Below, one piece after another: positions 50,301-62,990 of a DNA stretch of 64,000 nt. Source of the stretch: Eledone cirrhosa. Its lineage: Eukaryota. The stretch's first letter is position 1. The number at the start of each line of letters is the position of its first letter. The notes under the pieces are model-generated. The model worked only from the letters and a program-made list of their open reading frames with translations, had not been told where the DNA came from and ran no database searches. A program made the position numbers and the translations under genes. The stretch is from contig OZ024746.1 of assembly GCA_964016885.1 (NCBI GenBank), forward strand, positions 1,426,001 through 1,490,000. Direction: 5' to 3'.

Positions 50301-53300
50301 TACTAAATACTGTATAGTATTGTAACATTCTAATGACTACCATTTCACTACTAAATACTGTATAGTATTGTAACATTCTAATGTCTACTATTTCACTACT
50401 AAATACTGTATAGTATTGTAACATTCTAATGACTTCCATTTCACTACTAAATACTGTATAGTATTGTAACATTCTAATGTCTACTATTTCGCTACTAAAT
50501 ACTGTATAGTATTGTAACATTCTAATGACTTCCATTTCACTACTAAATACTGTATAGTATTGTAACATTCTAATGTCTACTATTTCGCTACTAAATACTG
50601 TATAGTATTGTAACATTCTAATGACTACCATTTCACTACTAAATACTGTATAGTATTGTAACATTCTAATGTCTACTATTTCGCTACTAAATACTGTATA
50701 GTATTGTAACATTCTAATGTCTACCATTTCACTACTAAATACTGTATAGTATTGTAACATTCTAATGTCTACCATTTCACTACTAAATACTGTATAGTAT
50801 TGTAACATTCTAATGACTACCATTTCACTACTAAATACTGTATAGTATTGTAACATTCTAATGTCTACTATTTCACTACTAAATACTGTATAGTATTGTA
50901 ACATTCTAATGACTACCATTTCACTACTAAATACTGTATAGTATTGTAACATTCTAATGTCTACTATTTCGCTACTAAATACTGTATAGTATTGTAACAT
51001 TCTAATGTCTACCATTTCACTACTAAATACTGTATAGTATTGTAACATTCTAATGACTACCATTTCACTACTAAATACTGTATAGTATTGTAACATTCTA
51101 ATGACTTCCATTTCACTACTAAATACTGTATAGTATTGTAACATTCTAATGACTACCATTTCACTACTAAATACTGTATAGTATTGTAACATTCTAATGT
51201 CTACCATTTCACTACTAAATACTGTATAGTATTGTAACATTCTAATGACTACCATTTCACTACTAAATACTGTATAGTATTGTAACATTCTAATGACTAC
51301 CATTTCACTACTAAATACTGTATAGTATTGTAACATTCTAATGACTACCATTTCACTACTAAATACTGTATAGTATTGTAACATTCTAATGTCTACCATT
51401 TCACTACTAAATACTGTATAGTATTGTAACATTCTAATGTCTACTATTTCGCTACTAAATACTGTATAGTATTGTAACATTCTAATGTCTACCATTTCAC
51501 TACTAAATACTGTATAGTATTGTAACATTCTAATGTCTACCATTTCACTACTAAATACTGTATAGTATTGTAACATTCTAATGACTACCATTTCACTACT
51601 AAATACTGTATAGTATTGTAACATTCTAATGACTACCATTTCATTACCTTTCATTCATCATTATCACCATTTACTGTTCATTAATCGAAAAGTCATATTT
51701 ATTTTTATTCTTAGAGAAGAAATTGCGAAAAAATATGAAGGAAAAGTAACCCGTGAGATGTCTGGTACTGAATATGAAGTCATTAGTAAAATTTTCAAAG
51801 CTGTTGTTAATCGTAAAATAACTGTTCCAGGTGTTTTTGTCAGGTAAGTTCTAAACAGTACCACTCTACACCTTTCATCATCATCATTTAATGTCTATCT
51901 TCCATGCTAGCATGGGTTGAAACAAAAAGTGTTGCTTTCACATTTAATAATGGCTGTGCCCCAGCATGGCCTCAGTCTGTCGGTTGGAACATGTAATAAA
52001 GTAATAACAAATATAAATAAAATGTTGGACTACTGGTGACATGTTTGAGATATATATAGTGACTGTATTTTTAATGAAAGACACTGCCTATAGTTTTTCA
52101 AATAATTTTGAAAATAATCAAGAATTCAGAAGTATTTACTTATTAATGACTTCATTATTTTTCTGGGATTTAAAATAGAATATTTCTACATAAAATTATA
52201 ATGGAAGGTTTTTAGCTAAATATAAATCAATGGTTTAGTATAAAACCAATGGTTTGAAAAGGTCAAGATATATATATTTTTTTCAATCTAAGTTTCTCTT
52301 CTGATCTAAATGGAATTGAAATAATCTTTTCTGTTATTTGTTTTACAGCCAAAAAGGAGACCAGGCAATTGGTTGTTCATACAAAGCAGCTACAGGTTTA
52401 CTGTATCCACTAGAACGAGGACTAATCTTTGTTCACAAACCTCCCATTCACATTCGATTTGATGAAGTCTCTACCGTTAACTTTGCTCGAAGTGCTGGCA
52501 GCACTAGATCCTTCGATTTTGATGTTGAAACCAAGTCTGGTAATGTTTACACATTCGTTGGTATTGAAAAGTAAGTTGCTCAGGTTTTTTATTATTATTG
52601 GATTGTCAGTATTGGTAGAGTGTACCAGTAATGCTCTGGGGTTGATTTAATTGACTTTCTCCACCTTCCAAAACTGTTGGGCGGTGGATTGGCAACATTT
52701 TTAGAGCTTCAGACAAAATACTTTACAGCATATAGTTGTTGCCCTTTGCTTTTCATCCTTACAGGGTCGAAAAAATAAAGTACCAGTAATGCATTGAGGT
52801 TGATTTAAGCGACAATCCTCCCCCAAATTGTTGGCCTTGTGCTTAAATCAGAAACCATTATTATTATTATTAGATTGTCAGAATTGGTAGTGACGGACAG
52901 GCTTTGCAGCATAGTTACGACCCTTTACCTTCTGTGTTGAAATTGATTCTTTCCTGAGACATTCTAACCATATGCCCAAAGTATGAGCTTTGATCTCTCA
53001 AATTTTCTAGAATAATACAATTAAATTAATATTTCTCTTATTTCCACAGGGATGAATATGGCAAGCTATACGACTTTATCCGTGGCAAGAAATTGAGAGT
53101 CAAAAATATTGGTTCCAAAGTGGTATGTGTCGTATTTTATATTTTACACCATGATAGAATGTTGTATCACCTAATCAAGTCAGGTTTCACCATATATCCA
53201 TGTGATAGTCTCAGGGGGGTAAATTGTATGTAGATCAGTATGTGGGAGTCACTGCTTCAATCCCCAAACTTCTCTAAAATAGATATTGTTAGAATCAGCA

Positions 53301-56300
53301 TTGCAAGATAACTAACCAATCATGTTTATTACATGTCATGTGATGATGGGTGGAGAGGTTCCATGAAATATCAGTGGAAGGAAGCCACAGTAGAGGTAGA
53401 CAAAGACCTGAGCAGAGGTGATGAGAGCTGACCTCAAATTGTTGAGACTCAGAGAGGAGATGATGAAAAATCACGGTGAGTGGAGATATGCTGTCCTGAG
53501 AAGGACCTGTCCAACTCATGCAAGTGTGGAAAAATGGACATAAAAATAATGATGCTGACAACAGAAACCTTCACCATTTTATGTTGTACCTGTCCCAAAC
53601 TTGGCAGATCTAGTCAATGAGAGTCAGAGTTCAGATGTATAGACCATGGATACAACGAAACATCTGTGAGAAACACAAACCAACCTACAGCTGGCTGTTC
53701 TAGTTCATTGCAGTCTCTACTGCTAAGTCTGTCTCGAGCCTGGTATCTCATCAGACCAGTGCTTATCCCTGTTTCATGACATTAAGCAACTGAGAGTACA
53801 AGACTTCTCTCTGGACAGGACACCAGTCCATCGCAGGGTTAAACCCCCAGCTATTGCTGGTACTCATTTTCAGCTGAGTATACTGGAAATGTGAAATGAA
53901 GTGATTTGCTCAAGAACACAACACATGGGAACATGATAAATTATGGATGGTATTACACAGAGAAGGGTGTTGTATTGCTTCAGGGACAAGACAGTGTATC
54001 TAGGGGTTTAATGAAGTACTGGGGTAGATTTAATCGACTTCCCCCTTCCCCACCAAACAGCTGTCCTTGTGCTGAAATTATTATTAAATAAAATTATGTG
54101 CAGAGTTCCAGCAACCCAAATTGATTCAAGCTGTACTCCACTGAAGAGTCAAGTTATGTAGATGATCTAATGGATAAGATATATGTCTACCTGTTGGCTC
54201 CATCAGTTCAGATTTGTTGATGTTTCTTAGCAAAATAATTTGTTATTTATTGTTTTGGTTTACAAGAAAATGTGCCAAATTATCTTGGCTGTTTTCGCAA
54301 TAGGTTAACGCCGCCGAACCTGGTTATTTTTCTCTTCTCAGCTTTGTGCCATGAAACCAGTTCTAAGCACCAGTTCTTTAGATGATATTTCAACAAGAAT
54401 ATATTGCTATTGTGTTTTATTAAAATATCAAGAATTATGAGAGTTTTAGTGAAATGACTTTAATTTATTGTGTTTTTCACAGGAGAAGGGCTCCTATGGT
54501 GATGATATGGTTGATAGTAATGAAGAGAATGAAGGAGAACATGATGCCTACTTGGAAAGAATGAAACAAGAAGGAAGAGAAAGGGATGAAGATGAGTCAG
54601 AAGATGAATCAGGTAACTGATTCTTTTGTTATTTGGTTTCCCTGACTCTGGCAAGTAAGCCAGTCTGTCAAATAATCTTCATCATTGTCATTATCACTGT
54701 TTAACATCTATTTTTCCATGCTAGCCTGGGTTAGATGAGTTGTCCTGTTGTGAGACAAGTCAGATCAGGTGACCATATTTTGTTCTTACAAAACTGTTTC
54801 TAGCTTGGTTTCTACAGCTGGATGTCCTTCCTAACATCAACCACATTTACAGTGTAATGATTGCTTTTGTCATAACACCTACACAACCACTTTACAGTGT
54901 GGACTGGACACTTTTTGTCATGACACCTGTATATCTGTATATATATATATATATATATACATACACACATACATATACAAATACCTATATATATGTATCA
55001 TACATATATCACATATGCAATGATTTTATTCTGTATTTCAGATGAATCTTTCAATCCTGGAGAAAGTGGCAGTGAAGTTGCAGAAGAGTAAGTTCCATAT
55101 ATTTATATTACCATTCTTATGCACCTTAATGAACATTGTAGCACTTCCAGTTCATTTTTCAGTAGCACCTTATTTATTTGGCCAAAGGAAATAATTTATC
55201 TTGAGTAACCTGGAAGACTGTGATTGGGTTCAGATTCTTCAGAAAAACTGGCAATAGAGTTATAAGGATATTCGATTTAAAACACCTTAATATTTGTTCC
55301 AGTATACTGCACTCTCAGTTCAAATCCTGCTGGGGTCAACTTTGCCATTCATCCTTTCAAGGTCAATAAAGTTTACAGTTGGTTTTCAGAAATATTTTAC
55401 TGTGTATTCTTTGTTGTCGGATGTTGAATTGTCTTTGAAAAATGGATATAAGAAGAATTTTCAAAAATAATAATTATTTTATTAAAGATGCCTACCTTTG
55501 CTAAAGCATTCCTCTTGTTTTTCTTTCACTAGATATGATAGCAACCCTGAAACCACATCAGATTCGGAGACTGGTGAAGGAGACACTCCAAAACCTAAGA
55601 AACACACAGAAAAGAAAGCCTCCAAACCCAGAGAAGTGAGTTGTTTTTCCCTCCAAAACCTTCCTCTTCTCTCATTGCTTAGTTTGATATATGTTATATT
55701 GCAGTTGGTTTAGTAATTGTTTTATGACTAACTTTTTTTATGGAAACACTATCTGGAACAAGCATAGATAACCAAAATATCTTGATGTGTATGAATATAC
55801 ATTTATATGTATGAGTGTATATATATATATATAAACACACATACACTCACACAAGTGATATAAACACAGTTACACTCACGATAATAATAACCAATGTGTG
55901 TGGCCAAATCACAACACACATACACAAGTGTAACACATCTTAGAACGCTGGTCTTTTATAGTTTCTCACCACCCCATACCTTCCTCAGTCATCACATAGG
56001 TGTGTGTGTAATAATTATTTTATGTATGTAGATGTGTATGTTTGTAATTCTATTGTCTATGTATCTTTCAGTGAGTGACACAAATATATAAACACACACT
56101 GTCTATTATTATAGTTTATATTTATCTGAAAAGCTTCCATCACAATTTTATGTAAGACCTTTTTATTAATTTATGTTCCAAACACAAAGTTAATAAGAAA
56201 GTTTTACTAAATTCTTCCAAATTCTTAATTATTTATTTTAACGTAAATGAAGATAACTGCTTATGATTTTCAAATAATGTTTAGAAGTAAAATAACTTCA

Positions 56301-59300
56301 TTTCTATTGTAAAACTAGAGTTTAAACACTGGCTTTGAAATATCTACATTTGTTTTTATTTAAATTTTTTTCAGTCAAAATCTGGAAAATCACGAAAGAA
56401 AAGGAAAAAAAATGTTGATCCTAATCGTCCGAAACGTCCATTATCGGCCTACTTCATCTGGTTAAATGAACACAGAGAAGAAATTAAATCTGAAAATCCT
56501 GGTATATCCTTAACAGACCTTACCAAGAAAGCTGCTGATATATGGAGAAACCTTTCTGACAAAACTGTATGACAATATTTTAATGCTGTGTTTTTTCTTT
56601 TCTTTATCTGTATATTTTTCCTTTTGTTGTAAAGTGTTGGTAAATTCACAGGTTTAATTCTCTTTCATCCTACCAAGGACCAGTCAAGTACTGGGATCAA
56701 CTAACCACTTCCCAATTCTGGCCTCGAATGTCTGTTTGAAATAATAATATTTCATTTACACAGTGATGATCTTATTAACTTTGGATCGATTCCCTATCAA
56801 GTTATGTAACCTCAATCAGTACCTTCCACAGGATATTTGCTGTTGCCCAAAGTGTTGTCTTTTGTAATATATTGCTGAGACTGATTCCGAGGTGTTGCTG
56901 AAAGTTTTAGTTCACTGACCCAAGTGCTCCAATCACAATTGCTATCACTCTTGCTTTTATAATCCACATTCTCTTCATATCTAGTCTCAAGTCTCTTCTC
57001 TCAATTCTTTCAAGGTTTATTTTAAAAAGTACCAGTCAAGTACTGGGGTCTATCTTCCTCTGTATCTCTTTCTCACCTCTTCTCTCTCTCTCATTTGCTT
57101 CCTCCTTGTCTGGAAGAAAATATCTATGTTCAGGTTTGGAGAGGGGATGAACTCAGCCAGGTTTAAAATGCCCAAACATGCTGTATGTGACTACTGTGCC
57201 TCTATCAAGGGGCTACAGGTCTACACAACACACAAACATGTCCTCAACACATGTTTATTGAGTATATTAGAGCAAGATCCCAGAACAAATTGAATTCTGG
57301 TTCATCTAGGGCATTGTTTCCCAAAGTGGACGGTCCCCCCCCCCCCTGGGGGCGGTGCTTTGATATCGGGGGTGGTTGGGGGGCGACACTGTAGTATTAA
57401 AAAAAAGAAAAAAACAAGCTATTGTTTAAATTTTAAATAATAAATAACTTGTCTTTTTTTTTTTTACAAATATATTGCATATGTATATTAAGCATTTATA
57501 TAGACATTTATAATATAGACATAAAGACATAGACATCTATAATATAGACATCTATGAGACTGTGTAGATTCTAGACAATCTCATAGATGTCTTTATTCTT
57601 ATTGGCAAAATCATATTCTTTTTACATCTATGTTACTAATGATAACATCACCATCACCATCATTGTTTAATGTCCACTTTCTCTGCTAGTAAGGTTTGGA
57701 TGTGTCATCACAGACTGATGGCGGGGGGTGGGGTCTCTGAGGGTATTACCTGGCCGTGAAGTGGGGCGGTGGCTCCAAAAGTTTGTGAATCTCTGGTCTA
57801 GGGTTACAGTCTTGGCTTCTCTTAATTTGTTCTGTTGGTTAACACCATACCCTAGTTCTATCTACCCTAGTTAACACCATACCCTAGTTCTATCTACTCT
57901 AGTTAACACCATACCCTAGTTAACACCATACGATAGTCCTATCTACCCTAGTTAACACCATACTCTAGTCCTATCTACTCTAGTTAACACCATACCCTAG
58001 TTCTATCTACTCTAGTTAACACCATACCCTAGTTCTATCTACTCTAGTTAACACCATACCCTAGTTCTATCTACTCTAGTTAACACCATACCCTAGTTCT
58101 ATCTACCCTAGTTAACACCATACTCTAGTCCTATCTACTCTAGTTAACACCATACTCTAGTCCTATCTACTCTAGTTAACACCATACTCTAGTCCTATCT
58201 ACTCTAGTTAACACCATACGATAGTCCTATCTACCCTAGTTAACACCATACTCTAGTCCTATCTACTCTAGTTAACACCATACCCTAGTTCTATCTACTC
58301 TAGTTAACACCATACCCTAGTTCTATCTACTCTAGTTAACACCATACCCTAGTTCTATCTACCCTAGTTAACACCATACTCTAGTCCTATCTACTCTAGT
58401 TAACACCATACTCTAGTCCTATCTACTCTAGTTAACACCATACTCTAGTCCTATCTACTCTAGTTAACACCATACCCTAGTCCTATCTACCCTAGTTAAC
58501 ACCATACTCTAGTCCTATCTACTCTAGTTAACACCATGCCCTAGTCCTATCTACCCTAGTTAACACCATACGATAGTCCTATCTACCCTAGTTAACACTC
58601 TACCCTAGTCCTATCTACCCTAGTTAACACCATACCCTTGTCCTATCTACCCAGAGCTGATAAAGGATTTGTTTAACTACAAGAACAGATCTGTTCACTT
58701 AGATCATCATTGTTTTTACATCTGTTTTTTTTACCACACTTACATGGGTTGGACGGGTCCTTCTCAGTATGGCATCTCCTCTGTGAGTCTCAGTGATTTG
58801 AGGTCAACTCTCGCCATCTCTGCCCATGTCTTTCTCAATCTACCTCAACTGCGGCTTCTTTCCACTGGCACTTCTTCATCCATCATCATCAATGTGCATC
58901 ACATGTCCATACCAACATAGTCTTCTCTCCTGCACACCACCTCAGATTCCTCTTAAACCCAGCCTCTTCCTCAGTTCATCCAAGTCCAGCCTCTCCCTCA
59001 GTTCATCCAAGTCCAGCCTCTCCCTCAGTTCATCCAAGCCCAGCCTCTCCCTCAGTTCATCCCAGCCCAGCCTCTCCCCCAGTTCATCCAAGCCCAGCCT
59101 CTGCCCCAGTTCATCCAAGCCCAGCCTCTGCCCCAGTTCATCCAAGCCCAGCCTCTGCCCCAGTTCATCCAAGCCCAGCCTCTGCCCCAGTTCATCCAAG
59201 CCCAGCCTCTCCCCCAGTTCATCCAAGCCCAGCCTCTCCCCCAGTTCATCCAAGCCCAGCTTCTCTCTCAGTTCATCCAAGCCCAGCCTCTCTCTCAGTT

Positions 59301-61157
59301 CATCCAAGCTCAGCCTCTTATCTAGATGTGTTTGAAAAAGGGTAAATATCCATAGAAGGTAATAAATTGAAGCTAATGTTTCCTTATGGAGATTCTCTGC
59401 CAATCCTCCTTCTTTGTCGATCTTTAATTATGTAAACATTTATATATTTCTAATTCTAGAAATGGGAAAAACTTCAGGAAGAATCTAAAGAAAAATACAC
59501 TATAGCAATGGAAGAATACAAAAAGAATGCACCTGAGCAGGATAGGTGAGTGTAACTGATTTGTTTTTCCTTTTATCTTTATTTGTAAATGATATACGTT
59601 TTAAGAGGTGTCCTGCTGTTGCCATGACAAAAAGCACCCAGTCCAAACTGTGAGATGGTCATACTGGTGCCTTGACAAAAAGCACCCAATCCACCTTGTA
59701 AGGTGGTCATGCTGGTGCCTTGACAAAAAGCACCCAATCCACCTTATAAGGTGGTCATGCTGGTGCCATGACAAAAAGCACCCAGTCGAAGCTGTATATC
59801 ATTTTTATTTTCTCTTCTCCCTGCTTTCCACACAGTCTTTCTTCATCAAAGCCTGCTAAAAAGAGTTCCGTGCGAAAGTCTGATGTGAATGTTAGCCGAA
59901 CTAGTGGAGACTACAAGAGCAAAGAATTCATCTCTAGTTCAGAGTCAAGTTCTAATGAAGACAAACCAAAAAAGAAGAAGATGAAGAAAGAGGAAGCAGA
60001 AAAGACAAAGTCTGCTAAAGCTGACAAGAAAGAAAATGAAAAAGAGAAAAAGGAGAAAGAAGATGAAGAGGAAGAAGAAGTGGGCGAGGTAAGTTAAGCT
60101 TTAGTTGTCCAAAAGATTTTATGTACTTTCAGGTCCCATATAATAAGCAGGGTGGGTAATGGTTCTAGGTTGTCTCTGTTGATTGTTTTAAAAACCAGAA
60201 TTAGTCGTTTAGTTTACATATTGAGACCCCAACCCATCCTATTTATTTTATAACTTGGAATTTCCAGCAATGTTCTCTTTTTTGTCATGTATAATGTTTT
60301 TTAATGAAAAAGAAAATTGTCACAGGAATGTTACCAGAGATAGATTAGCAAAATTAATTTTTAAGCTTGCATAAGTTAGACAGATTGTCACATTTTGAAA
60401 TTAGACAGGTCAGATGACTGCCTCTTGTTCATCCATTCCATCCTTAAAACATTTTATAGACCTTTCGCTATGAATTGAAGGTATGTGACTAACATCACAT
60501 ACTTCATCATTATCGTTTAACGTCTATCTTCCACGCTAGCATGGGTTTAGACGGGAATTGTCCCACTTGAGGCAAGCTTGGTCGGGAGACCATGTCTCGC
60601 TTGTACAGAGCTGTATCTGGCAGGTTTTCTATAGCTGGATGCCCTTCCTAACACCAACCACGTTTACTTCAGTAAAAACAAAGGGAACTAACCGACAATC
60701 GTTTCTCACTTTTTAGTGGTTATCAAGGTTATATATCCCTTTATTTTTGCTGTAAGTTGTAGAAGCTGGATTCTTATACAATTCCGATTATAATTATGAG
60801 CTGGTTAAACTCATTAATATACAGAGCGGTTGCCAGCCTGGCAACAATTAGAAATTTGTATTGGAGCTCTGAAATAGCGATGTATATATGAATGTACGTA
60901 TTGTATATTTAATAATATACTGTGTATGCATGTATATATATATATTATAGATATTAATAAATCTGGGTGTGGTCGGGTCTTGCTACTAGTTGTATACATT
61001 TTGCATTATTTTCTTTTTCTTGATTTTTTTTTAATGTATTCTGTAGTTGCCATCTGATGAAGAAATTCTCAGTTCTCCAGAAGCTTCTGAATCAGGTGCT
61101 TCAGAAGAAGAGGAAGAAGAAGAAGAAGCGGGTGATGATGAAAAGGAGGAAGAATAA
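38342..61157 (+). CDS. SSRP1: FACT complex subunit SSRP1, complete, 16 coding exons
   Basis: Exons 38342-38395, 41347-41532, 41724-41829, 42028-42307, 44076-44211, 49002-49105, 51715-51843, 52349-52570, 53050-53122, 54483-54612, 55042-55087, 55533-55635, 56375-56566, 59460-59545, 59836-60088, 61047-61157. Motifs: [61 protein letters not shown], an acidic region, HMG box [17 protein letters not shown], and YKSKEFI. Confidence 0.97.
40372..40656. repeat. 46-48-bp minisatellite x6, derived from a LINE ORF end
   Basis: Unit gtcgtcaaacactccttccagtgggtcctgtcggggtggtggggca. Resembles 27510-27548. Confidence 0.9.
40683..41002. repeat. 48-bp RTE-3'UTR-derived minisatellite, reverse orientation
   Basis: Unit ctttacagtagggactgggtgtcttttgttgtgacacctacacaacca. 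Confidence 0.92.
42655..43610 (-). mobile_element. 5'-truncated RTE LINE of the same family in SSRP1 intron 4
   Basis: ORF 43025-43693 contains [21 protein letters not shown] and GRPRKSW. It is followed by the 3' UTR and a (CAT)n tail at 42655-42674. Confidence 0.93.
45010..48242 (+). mobile_element. Decayed near full-length RTE-clade LINE (APE + RT) in SSRP1 intron 5
   Basis: APE motifs [38 protein letters not shown] motifs [67 protein letters not shown]. Many frameshifts and stops. The 3' UTR ends in a (GAT)n tail. Confidence 0.95.
49577..51644. repeat. 48-bp minisatellite (about 42 copies)
   Basis: Unit attctaatgactaccatttcactactaaatactgtatagtattgtaac. It explains the 666-aa ORF. Confidence 0.97.
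56810..57020 (-). mobile_element. Relic of an R4/Dong-type (restriction-like endonuclease) LINE C-terminus
   Basis: The minus strand reads RMW...[12 protein letters not shown]...[17 protein letters not shown], the typical RLE C-terminal signature. Confidence 0.6.
57312..57795. mobile_element. hAT (Charlie-like) MITE
   Basis: Degenerate TIRs cattgtttcccaaa / tttgtgaatctctg. 8-bp TSD atctaggg / gtctaggg. Confidence 0.65.
57838..58652. repeat. 32-bp minisatellite (about 25 copies)
   Basis: Unit tagttaacaccataccctagttctatctactc. Confidence 0.95.
58703..58985 (-). mobile_element. Short RTE-derived 3' fragment (related copies at 42310-42622 minus and 53330-53558 plus)
   Basis: [12 protein letters not shown] followed by RRL.WYGHV-like sequence and a (CAT)n tail. 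Colinear with 42310-42622. Confidence 0.75.
58958..59318. repeat. 27-bp minisatellite derived from RTE coding sequence (about 13 copies)
   Basis: Unit cccagcctctccctcagttcatccaag, which reads LDELRERLG on the minus strand. Confidence 0.95.
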
Positions 61158-62154
61158 AGATAAAACCATATTTCCGCTCTACAACTACATTAGATGTTTA
61201 CTTGGTTATCTGTTTCTTTCATCTGACAATAATAATATTGTTGCAGAGAAACATTTTTTTTTTCATTTTATTGTTTCATATTTAGGTTATATAGACATAT
61301 ATATTTGTATATGTATATTTTTTCTTTAATTCATGTCAAAATATATTTAACAAATTTATGTTTGTTTAAACTGTGTTGTTTTTTGCCTCTTTTTTTTTTA
61401 ACCCGTTGTGACACGCAGGGTTAAACCCCTAGCTATTGTTGGTACTTATTTTCTGAGGATATTGGAGCAACATGAAGAGTTTTGCTCAAAAACACAACAC
61501 AACCCAGTCCAGGAATCGAACCTACAATGTTAGCCCATCCGGCTCCTCCACATAAATCGTAAGAAGAGGATTACAAGCCTTTTACTCAACTCTACTCCAC
61601 TCCATTCCTAGAAAAGAAGACTCTGTGTATGTAGTCCTGTTTGACCCCAGTATTTCACTGGTACATTAATTATTGGCTCTGGAAAACTGAACGGAAAAGT
61701 TATTTGGAGTTTATTAAATGAACCGTTACCTCCATATGACCATGTACTTGTGTTAGAAATTATTACTACTAATTAATGCTAATGATTTGACAAAAAATAA
61801 TTTAGTATTCTAATTAATAACCTCTGTATTTAGGTCATTTCATTTTTTTTTTTTAATCTTTAGTTCGATGACTTGAATAAAATGTTTATTTAGGAATTAA
61901 ATATTAATAAAGTGCATTGTGCTGTGAATATTTTGATAAGATCCTTTTGATGCCCCACCTGCTTCCCACAGATTTTTGTTTTTCTCAAATAATTGGTGGG
62001 CGGGGTTGTCTAAAGAAAATTGTCGCAGGGATAGATTAGCAAAATTTAATAAGCAGGGGTCTGGGGGGGGGGGGCATCATTTAAGACCTAAGAGTAACAA
62101 AATAAATTTATCTGTTCACTGTAGCTGTCTTTATCTTCTATATAACTTATACAA

Positions 62155-62990
62155 TTGTGCACCAGCGCCAGTTATTGTGCACCACCACCATCACCAGTTA
62201 TTGTGCACCAGCGCCAGTTATTTGCACCATCACCAGTTATTGTGCACCTGCGCCAGTTATTGTGCACCACCACCATCGCCAGTTATTGTGCACCATCACC
62301 AGTTATTGTGCACCAGCGCCAGTTATTGTGCACCACCACCAGCGCCAGTTATTGTGCACCACCACCATCACCAGTTATTGTGCACCAGCACCAGTCATTG
62401 TGCACCACCACCATCGCCAGTTATTGTGCACCACCACCATCACCAGTTATTGTGCACCAGCACCAGTTATTGTGCACCACCACCATCACCAGTCATTGTG
62501 CACCAGCACCATCGCCAGTTATTGTGCACCAGCACCAGTTATTGTGCACCACCACCATAGCCAGTTATTGTGCACCAGCACCAGTTATTGTGCACCACTA
62601 CCAGTGCCAGTTATTGTGCAGCACCAGTTATTGTGCTGCACCAGTTATTGTGCACCACCACCATCGCCAGTTATTGTGCACCATCACCAGTTATTGTGCA
62701 CCAGCGCCAGTTATTGTGCACTACCAGTGCCAGTTATTGTGCACCACCACCATCGCCAGTTATCGTGCACCAGCACCAGTTATTGTGCACCACCACCATC
62801 ACCAGTTATTGTGCAGCACCAGTTATTGTGCACCACCACCATCGCCAGTTATTGTGCACCACCACCATCACCAGTTATTGTGCACCACTACCAGCGCCAG
62901 CTATTGTGCACCACCACCAGTGCCAGTTATTGTGCACCACCAGCATCGCCAGTTATTGTGCACCACCACCATTGCCAGTTATTGTGCACA
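62155..62990. repeat. Variable-length minisatellite downstream of SSRP1
   Basis: Core ccagttattgtgcacca with variable (cca)n spacers. Confidence 0.93.

Noticed and set aside
49654-51654. 666-aa ORF
   Set aside because: It is the translation of a 48-bp intronic satellite, antisense within SSRP1, with no domain signal.
56761-56884. Possible C/D box snoRNA (GTGATGA...CTGA with cagt/actg ends) in an SSRP1 intron
   Set aside because: Most of it overlaps an antisense R4/Dong LINE relic, and no rRNA-complementary guide was recognised.
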